64,000 bases of DNA from Eledone cirrhosa. Taxonomy: Eukaryota. Position numbers and translations under genes: made by a program. Location of the stretch: positions 266,290,001 through 266,354,000 of the forward strand of contig OZ024740.1 in the NCBI GenBank assembly GCA_964016885.1, read 5' to 3'. Of this stretch, positions 25,601 to 35,645 are shown one piece after another (the first letter of the stretch is position 1; every line of letters begins with the position of its first letter). The notes under the pieces are model-generated. The model had not been told where the DNA came from and ran no database searches. It saw only the letters and a list, made by a program, of their open reading frames with translations.

Positions 25601-26108
25601 ACTGGCCTGGCAGTGCTACCGAGGGGCTCTACCCGTTCGAGAGAGGCTCTACAGACACGGGCGCCCGGGCAGGGATCCCTCAAAAAAGATTTGCCCTAGA
25701 TGCGTGCGTCACGAAGAAACCGTGGCGCACGCATTGGTGCAATGTCCGGGCGTGGCTGATCTGTGGGGCTACGCCGAACAACTGCTGTCGCGGGTGGCAC
25801 CGATTAAATTGACCGCCGAGTCCGTGATGACAATCAAACCGCCTCCCCTCTTCACAAAGGAAGCAAAGGCGGTTTTTCTGTGCGTAATAGCCATGTTGAA
25901 AGAGGTTGTTTGGTGGACACGATTGAAAGGTCTGAGGTCAGGCAACTTCCTCTCTGGCCATAGTCTGGTCTACTTCTTCCGATATCACTTCGGAAGAAGG
26001 ATAAGAATGGAGAGAGAGGTGCTTAGCCACAGGCAGTTTTATGAAAGGTGGGTGATAGTGGCGAGAATGGCTCGTGTAAATGGGCCTTCTCTGTATACCA
26101 TCCTGTAG
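22671..26108 (+). CDS. Tx1 ORF2p: APE endonuclease + reverse transcriptase + C-terminal CCHC zinc finger, 1145 aa
   Basis: CLNARG, CETR, YSP, GDWN, YLDRF, TDH; GYWKLN; KSPGLDG, FRPITLLN, DQSKAFDRVDH, IRQGCPLS, YADD; CPRC...HALVQC; uninterrupted. Confidence 0.95.
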   Translation: MDVLRVGCLNARGLGSTWKQAKLLNDLRSCSINVMVICETRISVMRQLAPTFDDFEVHASLCQPGGGGGVVVLLQKHLGLAVQVVHSDPEGRLLVLDVGSSESAALRLVAVYSPFGAERPDFFQRLETFLGTSRSLLLAGDWNDILDARWDYAGACPNRGGCNSLKGLLDRFNLVDRYRLDFPTVPTWTWRNHSGQSRSYLDRFLVRSKDRDILSCPEMRTVGYTDHKLVTCVVNLEKTHRQGPGYWKLNLSLPAKETYRNRISRLVKERLTGAIVNNRWWASLKREIRTESISYSKMLAANRNRNEKELTGKLEEAIKSEDVARVLASRTALNQFSDAKHEGCVIRSKIRALGNEGAKAVGWARVTEAKSGNRSTIRSLQDEDGRVIREPKQMCEAFQKHFARLFGGGEGPGRGVDFGPYLDGLPRLSNKEAESCEGPISADEIGDALSQCSRHKSPGLDGIPYELYLAMPVFFSELLEAVYCNWQQNGRIPCSVAKGVVTLVRKDENKGDSINNFRPITLLNTELKILAKVLAKRLALVVGGLVGDAQTCAIPSRSIHDNLHLMRYIIERVGNKPGFGGALINLDQSKAFDRVDHGYLDAVLAAAGFGPVFRGWITALHSNHICSRIKVNGYLSKPFEITRSIRQGCPLSSLLYVLTLEPLLRKLELLQGIPLEPGLSKAVSAYADDVTVMVSTDSEIEAIGTLLEEYERLSGAKLNREKSIGLQLGTWRGKPMPPDGVVGHWTEGPVKLLGVWFGPDLQVEKNWNEVTNKVFALTQKWAKCKLSLKGRAEVANIYIASVTYYRLTVVPCPKETLTTMERMLFQFLWKKRPPMVRRSICCQQPSKGGLGMPWLMMRRHALRLRHLQVFLTGQPVWAPFVKRAFPRLVSLTELQSWVKQRSGKLGDWHTECAQALRALWQAGRAIGGESTSSFYRGLVTSRGDDTLGESLDMEEDELASLFGRTFGPGPMDNFQKSLAWQCYRGALPVRERLYRHGRPGRDPSKKICPRCVRHEETVAHALVQCPGVADLWGYAEQLLSRVAPIKLTAESVMTIKPPPLFTKEAKAVFLCVIAMLKEVVWWTRLKGLRSGNFLSGHSLVYFFRYHFGRRIRMEREVLSHRQFYERWVIVARMARVNGPSLYTIL

Positions 26109-26323
26109 GTAAAGAAGTAAAGGAGAGGGGAGCACCTTCTCCATGTGCTCCCCGGGCAAAGGATTGCACACTTTTTCGGGGGTGTGTGCAACCCCCATCA
26201 CGTCCCCTCCCTTTTGAGGTTATTTTCGATTATTTTCATGTTACACCCTTTTTACTCGATTATATGTAAACTCCCCCTTTGTATTTGTCCCTTCTTTTTA
26301 TGCCTTTATGGTAAATAAAGAAA

Positions 26324-26339
26324 TCTATCTATCTATCTA

Positions 26340-26384
<45 letters not shown>
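26324..26384. repeat. (TCTA)n(TCTG)n microsatellite, 3' flank of copy G
   Basis: Direct reading; same compound structure as the 5' flank. Confidence 0.95.
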
Positions 26385-26484
26385 GTAGATATGATTGTGT
26401 GCATGTATGTATATATGTATGAATTATGTACGTATGTATGTGCATATGTGTGTTTGCGCACGCGCGTGTATGAATTTGCATATG

Positions 26485-26489
<5 letters not shown>

Positions 26490-26563
<74 letters not shown>

Positions 26564-26579
26564 GCGTGTGCGTGTGCGC

Positions 26580-26655
<76 letters not shown>

Positions 26656-26700
26656 GTGCGCGTGTGTGCGTGTGTGTGCGTGTGCGTGTGTGTGTGTGTC
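26490..26700. repeat. (TG)n/(CG)n compound microsatellite
   Basis: Direct reading. Confidence 0.95.
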
Positions 26701-27732
26701 GCTGTATGTGTACATATAATCATGTTTTATCTTTCGCTATTTCACCAGAATGTAATTAGGTCAACAACAAAAACACAAAACTGTTTGTTTTATTTTCTGC
26801 TGGAACTCCAAACAAATTTAAACTACATAAAATGGAAACGTGTGAACTTTTCTAAAGTTTTGCATCATTTTCACTGACACCTCATTTTAGTTAAATTACG
26901 CAACTGATTTATGCTAATTCTTATACAACCTTCAGTTTCCTTCAGGAAATAACATTTGACGATTAAAAAATAATCAACTGAATTTGTTTCTCTTTTCTTT
27001 TTTTGTATAAAGAAAAATATAAGAATGGGTAAAAATCTTCATTGGATGTGTGATCAGGGACGAACAAGTATACATGGTCACCTCATTAGATTCATCACAT
27101 CATATATTTTTCTTGTGTCATCCATTCATCGAAGGTGAAGCAGTCATTCTGGTTTCTCTAATAGCTAGAATATATGCAGCTTGCTATACCTAGATACTCA
27201 TAGATTTCTCCGCCAACTGGAGCAGTTGTTCCAACCCATTGTCGAAATAATAGTCGATTATCTGCGAAGCCACTGGTGTTCACCTCGCCGAGGTCAACTA
27301 ATTAAAGTAATGATCATCGCATGAACTACTGCTTACTATGAGACAGGCAAGACTTTTAACAAGGCTTAATCCTCTAGATCTGACCTGTTCTGTTAGATTA
27401 TCCTATGATAGCTATATCAGAGGATGTACCTTTTCACCACGCAGGCTGGTCTTCGAACTGAAACAGGCTAGGTGCTCAGCTTGAATGAGCATATATTGCG
27501 CATTATCAGTTCGCTGTGTGGTATATTGAACAGACACAGAGACGCTACAAAAAACACCGTGGGCCAATCATTCATAATATCCTAATAACATTTGCAGCAG
27601 TGGGTAATACAAAAGATTTTGTATTTATGTAGTGATTCATTGTAGTATTCACCTTTTACTGGCCTATATAAGGATGGATTCAAGCTTATCTATTGAAGTT
27701 GACCACGCGCGTAGCAATTACATAGTAATAAT

Positions 27733-27917
27733 TGTTTCTACTTTAGGCACAAGGCCAGAAATTACCCAGTGCATTACTGGTTCTTTATTTTATCGCCCCG
27801 TAAGGATGAAAGGCAAAGTCAACCTTGGCGGGATTTGAACTCAGGTCGTAAGGGGACGTAACTATGCTAGAAAGCATGGCGTCCGACCCTCTACCGATAC
27901 TGCCAATCCACCGCCCT
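27733..27917 (-). mobile_element. tRNA-derived Deu/Nin-like SINE
   Basis: Same family as 2690-2870; 16-bp TSD ATTACATAGTAATAAT at 27717-27732 and 27918-27933. Confidence 0.88.
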
Positions 27918-27975
27918 ATTACATAGTAATAATGGTGCTTAACGCTGTTAGTTTATCTATCTATTTGTCTATAAG

Positions 27976-28011
<36 letters not shown>

Positions 28012-28017
<6 letters not shown>

Positions 28018-28664
28018 TATGAAGAGAGAAGAAACATTTAGATATAATTAGTAATAAAATGTATCATACCTAAACTGCTCCTAAATTCCTCGACTACGTA
28101 GTTTCGTGGCATAAACAAAAACAATATATCATAAAGATATAGAGTCCTTGCGAGGTCTGCCGACTTATCAAGAGGATACCTCATTTTACTAGTCTCAAGA
28201 ACGCGTCTACACGACGTGAGAAAGAATCCCAAAAGGCGGAGGGGGAGATAGTCACGCGATATAACGGTCGAGAAACAGAGCTAAGCCTCTTATAACCCCG
28301 AAGAAAATACCACGGAGGCGGAGGGGGTATTTATATCGAGGCCGCAGAAGAGGTGGTGAAGAAGGCGAGAAGGATGAGTAATGGAAGCTTTCCAGCTGTC
28401 CCCACACCTCAAAGATTGCTCGACCAGAGGGAGTTATTAACAATATATTTAGAAACACACAGATACATGCGGACACACACATATATACATGAATGCATCC
28501 GCACCCAACTGTGAGTTAAGGGTGCCAACTTCACCGATGTTGCTCAATGAATGACTGGGACAGACCAATTCAGTTGAACTAGACTGAACCAGTATCAGAG
28601 TTAAAAATACATTATGAAGAGAGAAGAAACATTTAGATATAATTAGTAATAAAATGTATCATAC
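28012..28664 (-). mobile_element. Probable PLE pLTR relic bounded by ~57-bp direct repeats
   Basis: atacattatgaagagagaagaaacatttagatataattagtaataaaatgtatcatac at ~28012 and ~28607. The minus strand has GAAACTACGTAGTC-GAGG (hammerhead 3' half, with a degenerate CUGANGA box). Confidence 0.45.
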
Positions 28665-28673
28665 ATATATATA

Positions 28674-29416
28674 AGGACGAAAAAACGGGTCAGTACTATA
28701 CGAACATGCTAGACAACAACATGACGGTAACATAGACAACATAGAAATTAGAATAATATCTAAACATAGGAATGACCCAGCAGATAGGCAAATCAGAGAG
28801 GCCAGTGAAATAGAAATTAGAAGACCAAAGCTAAACAGAAAGAATGAGTGGAACAACAACAACACCCAAACAAACAACACTGACCTAAGAGAAGTATAAA
28901 TAAGTAAATAAAATAAAATAAAATAAGATAAATAAATACATACACAAGCACATAAACACACACTAGTCACCCAGCAGACACAACACTATACACACTAGTC
29001 ACACATCACACTATACACACACGCAAACGCATGCGCAAAGAAGACAAAATAAAATAAGATAAACAAACAAGCAAATAAATAAATAAATATATAGACAGAC
29101 TGAACAAAAGAAAATGGCGTAGACATACAACACAACAGGAGGAACAATGAATATAACACCACTGACGATGTTGCAGATGTGCAACGAAAGATTTATGTAA
29201 ATTATGTAAACTATATATATGTGTTTGTGTCTATATTGTATCTGTATTATTTTTGACCGCCGGTCAGTCAATGGCAACATTGAGGACCGAGTAAGTTAGA
29301 TCGCAGATATATATATATAAAAGACAGCGAGAAGCGAAAACCAACCAAACAGTGAGTGTGTTCTGTTATTAATTCTGGCAATATTACGCAAATATGACCC
29401 TCCCCAAATATAACTA
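28674..29416 (+). mobile_element. 5'-truncated Penelope-like element (GIY-YIG C-terminus + 3' pLTR with hammerhead)
   Basis: Reads GRKNGSVLYEHARQQHDGNIDNIEIRIISKHRNDPADRQIREASEIEIRRPKLNRKNEW, homologous to the end of ORF 58506-59666. Motif CTGACGA-T-GTTGCA-GATG-TGCAAC-GAAA at ~29162-29189. Ends TGACCCTCCCCAAATATAAC into (TA)n. Confidence 0.8.
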
Positions 29417-29787
29417 TATATATATATATATATATATATTGTTATACTTTGGGAGGGTCATGTTGCCAATATATATATACCGAGAGGAAGAGAGAGAGAG
29501 AGAAATGATAGATAGAAAGAGAGATAGATAGAAAGATAAATAGATAGATAAGTTTCTTTATTAGCCACAGGGGCACAAAAGAAGGGGACAAATACAAAGG
29601 GGGAAGTTTACATACAATAAAAACGTGTAAAATATTATCACAAATGCAATTTAAAAATTAGTCGATTTTCCCCAATAGGGGAGACAGTTCAAATGTGTAA
29701 CACATACCCCCGAAAAAATGTGCAACCCTCATCTCCGGGAGTACGAAGAGTTTGGACTCACTTCCACTCCTCCTCCTTTTCCTCAAC

Positions 29788-32700
29788 CTACAGGCTGATA
29801 TAGAGAGAAGGCCCATTCACTCGGGCCATTCTCGCCACTTTCACCCACCTTTCATAAAACTTGCTGGGGTACAGCACCACTCTCTCCATCCTGATTCTTC
29901 TTCCAAAGTGGTATTTGAGAAAACGAATCAGTTGTTGGCCGGAGAGAAAGGTGTCTGACCTCAGCCCTTTCAACCTTGTCCACCATACAACCTCTTTCGC
30001 CATAGCTATCACACAAAGGAAAACCGCCTCTCCTTCGTTTTTGAAGGAGGGTGGCGGTTGGATCATGACAATGGACTCGGTGGTCAACTGGATTGGTCCC
30101 ACCCGCGATAATAGTCGTTCTACGTAGCCCCACAGGTCGGTGACGCCCGGGCAGTGTATGAATGCATGCGCGACGGTTTCTTCGTCTCGCACGCACCTCG
30201 GACAGATCTTTTTTGCAGGGTCCCTGCCCGGGCGCCCATGTCTGTAGAGCTTGTCTCGAACGGGTAGAGCTCCTCGGTAGCACCGCCAGGCTAGGGACTT
30301 TTGGAAGTTGTCCATCGGTCCCGGGCGGAAAGTCCTACCGAACAGACTGGCCAGTTCATCTTCCTCTACGCCTAGAGTTTCACCGAGCGCGTTGTCGCAC
30401 TTGCTGCGGATCAACCCTCTATAGAATGACGAAGTGGAGTCTCCACTGATCGCCGGGTCCGCCTGCCAGAAAGCTGTGAGCGCCTGAGCACATTCGATGT
30501 GCCAGTCGCCCATTTTCCTCGGTCTTTGCTTGACCCAGAACTGCAGCTCGGTAGGCGAGACGAGTCTGGTTTGGTCAGCCACGGCATCCCCAGCCCTCCG
30601 TTGGAAGGGTGTTGGCAGCAGATGGATCTTCTCACCAAAGTAGCCCGCCTCTTCCAAAGGAATTGGAAGAGCGCGCGCTCCATTTTGGTGAGCGTTTTGG
30701 CTGGGCAAGGCACGACGGTCAAGCGGTAGTAGATGGCGGACGCAATAAAAGTGTTCGCCACCTCCGCTCGACCTTTCAAGGATAGTTTGCACTCGGCCCA
30801 CTTCTGGGTGAATGCAAACACATTGGCCGTCACTTCGTTCCAGTCCTTCTCCACCTGGAGGTCCGGACCAAACCAGACCCCGAGCAGCTTTACCGGTCCT
30901 TCCGTCCAGCGTCCGACGACGCCATCGGAAGGCATCGGTTTGCCTCTCCACGATCCGAGTTGCAAACCGATGGACTTGTCCCGGTTCAGCTTCGCTCCTG
31001 TGAATTTTTCGTATTCCTTCAGTAAGGTGCCGACTTCCTCGATTTGCGAGGCGCTTGACACCATTACTGTCACGTCGTCGGCGTATGCCGACGCCGCTTT
31101 CCGCAGTCCCGGTTCCAGAGGGATGCCCTGCAATAGCTCCAACTTCCGCAGTAGTGGCTCGAGAGTCAGTACGTACAGAAGGGAGGAGAGAGGGCATCCC
31201 TGTCGAATGGATCGCGTGAAATGGAACGGCTCCGAGAGGTAGCCGTTCACCTTGACCCTTGAGCAGATGTTGCTGTTGTGCATTGCCGCAATCCAGCCCC
31301 TGAACACGGGTCCGAAGCCTGCCGCCTCGAGCACCGCATCCAGGTAACGATGGTCAACCCTATCGAAAGCCTTAGACTGATCCTAGTTGATCAGGTCCCC
31401 ACCGAAGCCGGGTTTACACCCTGCCCTCTCTATCATGTATCGCATGAGGTGGAGGTTGTCGTGTATGGACCTGGTCGAGATTGCGCATGTCTGCGCTTCT
31501 CCCACCAGGTTCTCAACGACAAGCGCCAGCCTCTCTGCCAACACCTTGGCCAAAATCTGTAACTCTGTGTTTAGCAGAGTTATGGGCCGGAAGTTGCCTA
31601 TGTCATCCCCCTTATTCTCCTCCTTCCTGACTAGTGTGACTACGCCCCCGGTCACAGAACTGGCAATTCTCTCGTTCTGTTGCCAGTTGCAGTAGACCGC
31701 TTCCAGGGGACCGGAGAATAAGTCCGGCATTGCTACGTAAAATTCGTAGGGTAGACCGTCGAGACCTGGAGATTTGCGTTTGCCGCATTGGCTCAGCGCC
31801 TCCCCTATCTCAGCGGCTGAAATCGGCTTTTCGCACCACTTTGCCTCGCTGTCCGAGAGTCGCGGTAGGCCGTCGAAGTATGGCCCGAAATCCATAGACC
31901 CTCCCGGCGCGCCGCCCTGCCCGATCAGTTGAGCAAAGTGCCGCTGAAAGGCCGCACACATCTGCTTCGGCTCACGTATCACGCATCCGTTTTGGTCCTT
32001 CAAATACCGAATCGTGGACTTGTTGCCACTTTTTGCCTCCGTCAATCGGGCCCAGCTAACAGCTTTGGCTCCCTCGTTTCCCAGAGCATGTATTTTGCTT
32101 CTGACAACGCAGCCCTCGTGCTCTGCGTCGAAGAACTGATCCAAGGCCGTTCTCGTTGCTAGCACGCTGGCTACGTTACCACTTCTAATTGCCTCTTCTA
32201 CTTTATCTTCCAGTTCCTTCTCAGTTCTATTTCTATCTAACGCTAATTCTTTACTAAAAACTAACGAGTCTAATCTAACTGCCCTCTTAAGAGAGTACCA
32301 CCATCTGTTGTTGACAATGGCCCCTGTCAAGTGCTGTTTAACTAAAATGCTAATCCGTCTACTGTAGGCTTTGCATATCGGAAACGACAAGTTCAGCTTC
32401 CTGTAGCCGGGTCCTTGTCTATGGGTTCTATCAAGGTTGGCCATGCAGGTCACTAGTTTGTGATTTGAATAGGCAACCATGAACATTTGTGGACAGCTTA
32501 ACATGTCCCTATCCTTATTTCTAACTAGAACCCTATCTAGGTACGATCTAGATGTTCCGCTACGATTAGTCCACGTCCACAGTTGCACAGTCGGAAAATC
32601 TAGTCGATATCTATCGGCCAGGTCAAATCGGTCTATTAATTGTTTGAGGCTGTTACACCCCCCTTTATCGGGACATGCTCCCACATAGTCCCAACGTGCA

Positions 32701-33140
32701 TCTAGGATTCCATTCCAGTCCCCCACTAAAAGCAAGGAGCGGGACGTTCCCAGAAAAGTCTCTAGACGTTTGAAGAAGTCTAGCCGCGGTGTCCCGGATG
32801 GGGCATATGCAGCCACCAGCCTGAAGACTCCACCTTCAGTACGGTCAACGTCTAGGACCACCAGTCGATCCTCCGGGTCCAGATGTACCGTCTGTGTTAC
32901 GAGGCCCAGGTGTTTTCGCAGCAAAACGGCAACCCCGCCCCCACCCCCCGGCCGACAGAGAGATGCGTAGATCTCAAAGTCATCGAAGATGGGGGCTAGC
33001 TGTCACTCGCTGTGGGTCCTGGACTCGCAAATGGCTACTACATCCATACTGTGCGACCTCCGGTCGTTTGAGAGTTTGCCGTGTTTCCAGGGCATCCCCA
33101 GGCCGCGAACGTTCAAACATCCAACTCTTATATTGGCCAT
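29788..33140 (-). pseudogene. Tx1 ORF2 (APE-RT-zinc finger), disrupted
   Basis: Starts MANIRVGCLNVRGLG at 33140; frameshift near 33000, TAG at 31383, deletion/frameshift near 30575. Confidence 0.9.
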
Positions 33141-33173
33141 GTTGGTGCTGAAAAGTTAAAAGAGGAAAAGAAA

Positions 33174-35063
33174 TCACTCACCCTTCGTCTCCTGGGTACC
33201 AGGCTGCACGATTTCCATGGGGGTGTTGGAGGGGTTGTCTGGGTGGGTGGTGGTTTCCGGCGGGGTGGGGACGAAGATGTTTGGTGGAGTGGGGTCTGGT
33301 GGGATGGGGGTTTCTGGGGTGGGGAGACATTTGAGAAGCACGCGGTTAAGTGGTTTCACGCAGGAATTCCCCACATCCTTTTCAAATGTTTCTTTTAGGG
33401 ACCTATAAGTTTGTATAGGGACCCTAATCAGTTTTAGGTTTAGTTTTTTGTTATTTTTAATAGAGTGGGCGAAAGTTTTCCCTTCGGTTTTCACCGAAGG
33501 GTTGTTCGTGATGGTCTCCATTGGTGTTTTGTTTTCAGTGTTTATGTAAGTGTAAGTGTAATTTTCTTCTGTTGTGTTTGTTTTTGTCTGTAGTTCTTGT
33601 GTGTGCTTTCGTTTTGTTGTAGGTATTTTGTTTTCAGGAGGTGGGGGTTTTGTTTGTGATGTTTTTATTGTTTGTGTTGGTGGTTGTATGTTTGTGTGTT
33701 TGCTGGTTTTTTGCTTTTGTGATGTCTTTTCTTTCTTTTCGAGCGATGGGGTTCTCCCTCGTCTTCACTGAGTGATGGCGAGATAGCCTCATCTGTTGTA
33801 TCGTCTGTGTGATTGGGGAGGGGGTTTTGCAGTGGTTTTAGGTGGAGTGGGGTTGGGTAGGACTGTGTTTGTTGTGGTTATTTTTATGTGTTGGTGTTGT
33901 TGTTGTTGTGGTGGTGGTTGTGTTATTTTGATGGGTGTCGGCAGAAGAGTCTTTTTTTTACTCATTAATTTAGGACAGGAAGCCCTCAGGTGACCCCTGC
34001 TAAAGCAGTGGTAACATGAAGGCCGCCTACCCTCAACCGAAAAGTTTATGTAGGTGAGTCCGTCCAGGAGTACACGTTGTGGGATCATAGCTATTCGTTC
34101 TGGGCTCATTTGCATCAGAACTTCAACGCTAGTCCCATTGAATACATCTCTGGGGGACTTTCCTACAGAAAGTATTCTGTCTTCATCAAAATTGATGAAG
34201 CCGCACAGTATCCACTATATGTTTACCTTTGGTGTGACACTCGTGATTCTAATCTTTTGTGTCCTTTTTCCCATGTATGTAGGGAAAAAGGTATACAGGT
34301 TGGATACAATTGGCGACACAGAGTAATTTTGGGCCGTCAATTGATCCTTCATGAGTACCGAAATACTCCCAAAGAGTTTGCTTCTTTGAATGAATGAAAT
34401 ATAATTCATTGAATTTTTGAAAACCAGTTCAATTTCTTTCTGTGACAATTGGACTGGTTTTCGGGTAGAATTGGAAACTGTCCTAAAAACTATCGTTTTG
34501 AAACCAGTTTCCTTGCGAATTTCTACCGGAGAATTGATGCTGAAAGCACCATTCTTTTCGAAAGTAACATATCTCCTAGTGTCCTTTAAAAGTTGTTCGG
34601 CATTTGTTATGTCGAGATATGTCAGTTCCTCCTTTTTCTGAGCTGACTGTGCAAAGGAGATTTTCGGTTTCTTTGTGGAATTATCCGTGTTGGTGGAGTT
34701 GTCATTATTGTTGTTATTGCTGTTGTTATTCTTGTTGTCACTGATGTTGATATTGTTCGTATTTTCCTTGGTGTTGTTGTTGTCTTTGATGTTGGTATTA
34801 TTGGTGTTGTCTTTATGTTTTTCTTTGTTGTTGTTGTCATTGTTGTTTTTATCATCATTATTGGTGTTGTTTTTAATTTTGTTGTCATTGTACTGTTTGG
34901 TGTCATTTGTGTTGTTTGGATATGAATTTGTTTCTACAATTTCATTTCGTCTTTCCATCTCCATAGTATCTATGCAGAAGGAAATGGAAGAAGACGATGT
35001 TGACTGCGAGCTCTGTAGTCTTACCGACTCTCCACCACCATTATCGTCGAACGCAGCGTTCAT
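33174..35063 (-). pseudogene. Tx1 ORF1, disrupted
   Basis: MNAAFDDNGGG start, FFPTYMGKRTQKI, knuckle CYHCFSRGHLRASC, C-terminal KPLNRVLLK...PMEIVQP; stop at 34215 and a break near 33789. Confidence 0.85.
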
Positions 35064-35284
35064 AACGTAATCAAACTTCTTACGATATTTTTTCAAAAAT
35101 TCGATGGTGAAAAGATTTTTCAAACGAATATTTCGCCCCTGTAAGGGCGAAAATGAGTTGACCCACCACCTGAAGGTCCAGACGGGGGATCGAGTTACAC
35201 AATAATATAAAATTTAACTGAAAACTCACGTTTTTTTCTTACATAAATTAACGGAAACTTCTCCGCGAAGTTACACACATCTGG

Positions 35285-35382
<98 letters not shown>
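35285..35382. repeat. (GATA)n spacer between Tx1 copies F and E
   Basis: Direct reading. Confidence 0.97.
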
Positions 35383-35645
35383 TGTTTCTTTTATTTGCCA
35401 CTAGGGCATCAAAAGTGGGACAAGTACAGAGGGGGGAGTTTACACAAAAAGGCGTCCTCAATAAGGAGGAGGCAATAACAAAATATAAAAATAAAATAAG
35501 ATATAACAAAAAATAAAATTTATAACAAAATCCTCAATAGAGAGGAGGCGCCTTGGGGGGTCGCACACACCCCCGAAAAAGTGTGCAACCCTTCTCCTCA
35601 GGAGCACAGAGAAGGGGTGCTCCCTTGGTCTTTCATCTTCCTCAC

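Larger units (their letters stand above)
20547..26323 (+). mobile_element. Full-length, apparently intact L1/Tx1-clade LINE (copy G) inserted in (TCTA)n(TCTG)n
   Basis: 5' UTR, ORF1, 33-bp spacer, ORF2, and a ~215-bp 3' UTR ending AATAAAGAAA directly before TCTA repeats. Confidence 0.93.
29551..35284 (-). mobile_element. Full-length but mutated Tx1 LINE (copy F) between (GATA)n tracts
   Basis: 5' UTR homologous to copy G; ORF1 and ORF2 remnants; 3' end AATAAAGAAACT-TATC. Confidence 0.92.
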
